NCBI GenBank assembly: GCA_964016885.1 | Contig: OZ024744.1 | Location: 19,344,001 to 19,408,000 of the forward strand | Direction of reading: 5' to 3' | Length of the DNA stretch: 64,000 bases | Source of the DNA: Eledone cirrhosa | Lineage: Eukaryota | In this document: in pieces, positions 63,921 through 64,000 of the stretch | How the letters are laid out: every line of letters starts with the position of its first letter | Position numbering within the stretch: the stretch's first letter is position 1 | Made by a program: the position numbers and the translations under genes | The notes under the pieces: model-generated | What the model was told of the DNA's origin: nothing | What the model saw: the letters and a program-made list of their open reading frames with translations, nothing else | The model's database searches: none

Positions 63921-64000
63921 AAGGGTCGGACGCCATGCTTTCCAGCATAGTTACGTCCCTTTACGGTCTGAGTTCAAATCCCTCCAAGGTTAACTTTGCC
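63921..64000 (+). mobile_element. tRNA-derived SINE, partial
   Basis: ggacgccatgctt...ctgagttcaaatccc.cc.aggttaactttgcc matches the 47916 family. Confidence 0.75.

Overview
AT-rich eukaryotic repeat-dense DNA with no recognisable host gene. It is most likely from an octopod cephalopod, inferred from three copies of a tRNA-derived SINE resembling the octopus SINE family and pervasive (TA)n/(CA)n/(GA)n tracts. Most ORF-track entries are microsatellite artefacts. The real coding content is retroelement: an R4/Dong-type RT+RLE LINE, a near-intact RTE LINE (APE+RT), RTE/CR1/Tx1 fragments, and several Penelope-like elements (RT + C-terminal GIY-YIG, Naiad-type). The main result is that the ~21 kb apparent satellite (18643-39705) is a head-to-tail array of ~35 monomers, each carrying a type I hammerhead ribozyme (HHR) motif, intact in most units (CTGACGA/stem II/GAAA/ACTAGT palindrome/GTA). 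Nested in its (TA)n tracts are a young array of 317-319 bp monomers with a different U3-A8 variant HHR, in inverted arrangement, and a third ~525 bp HHR monomer. About ten further HHR or HHR-like motifs sit in small terminally redundant or foldback elements, nearly all inserted in (TA)n. This looks like a multi-family retrozyme (ribozyme-bearing circular-RNA retroelement) system parasitising resident Penelope-like elements. Folds were read by eye, and activity and novelty are untested. Coordinates of degenerate elements are approximate.
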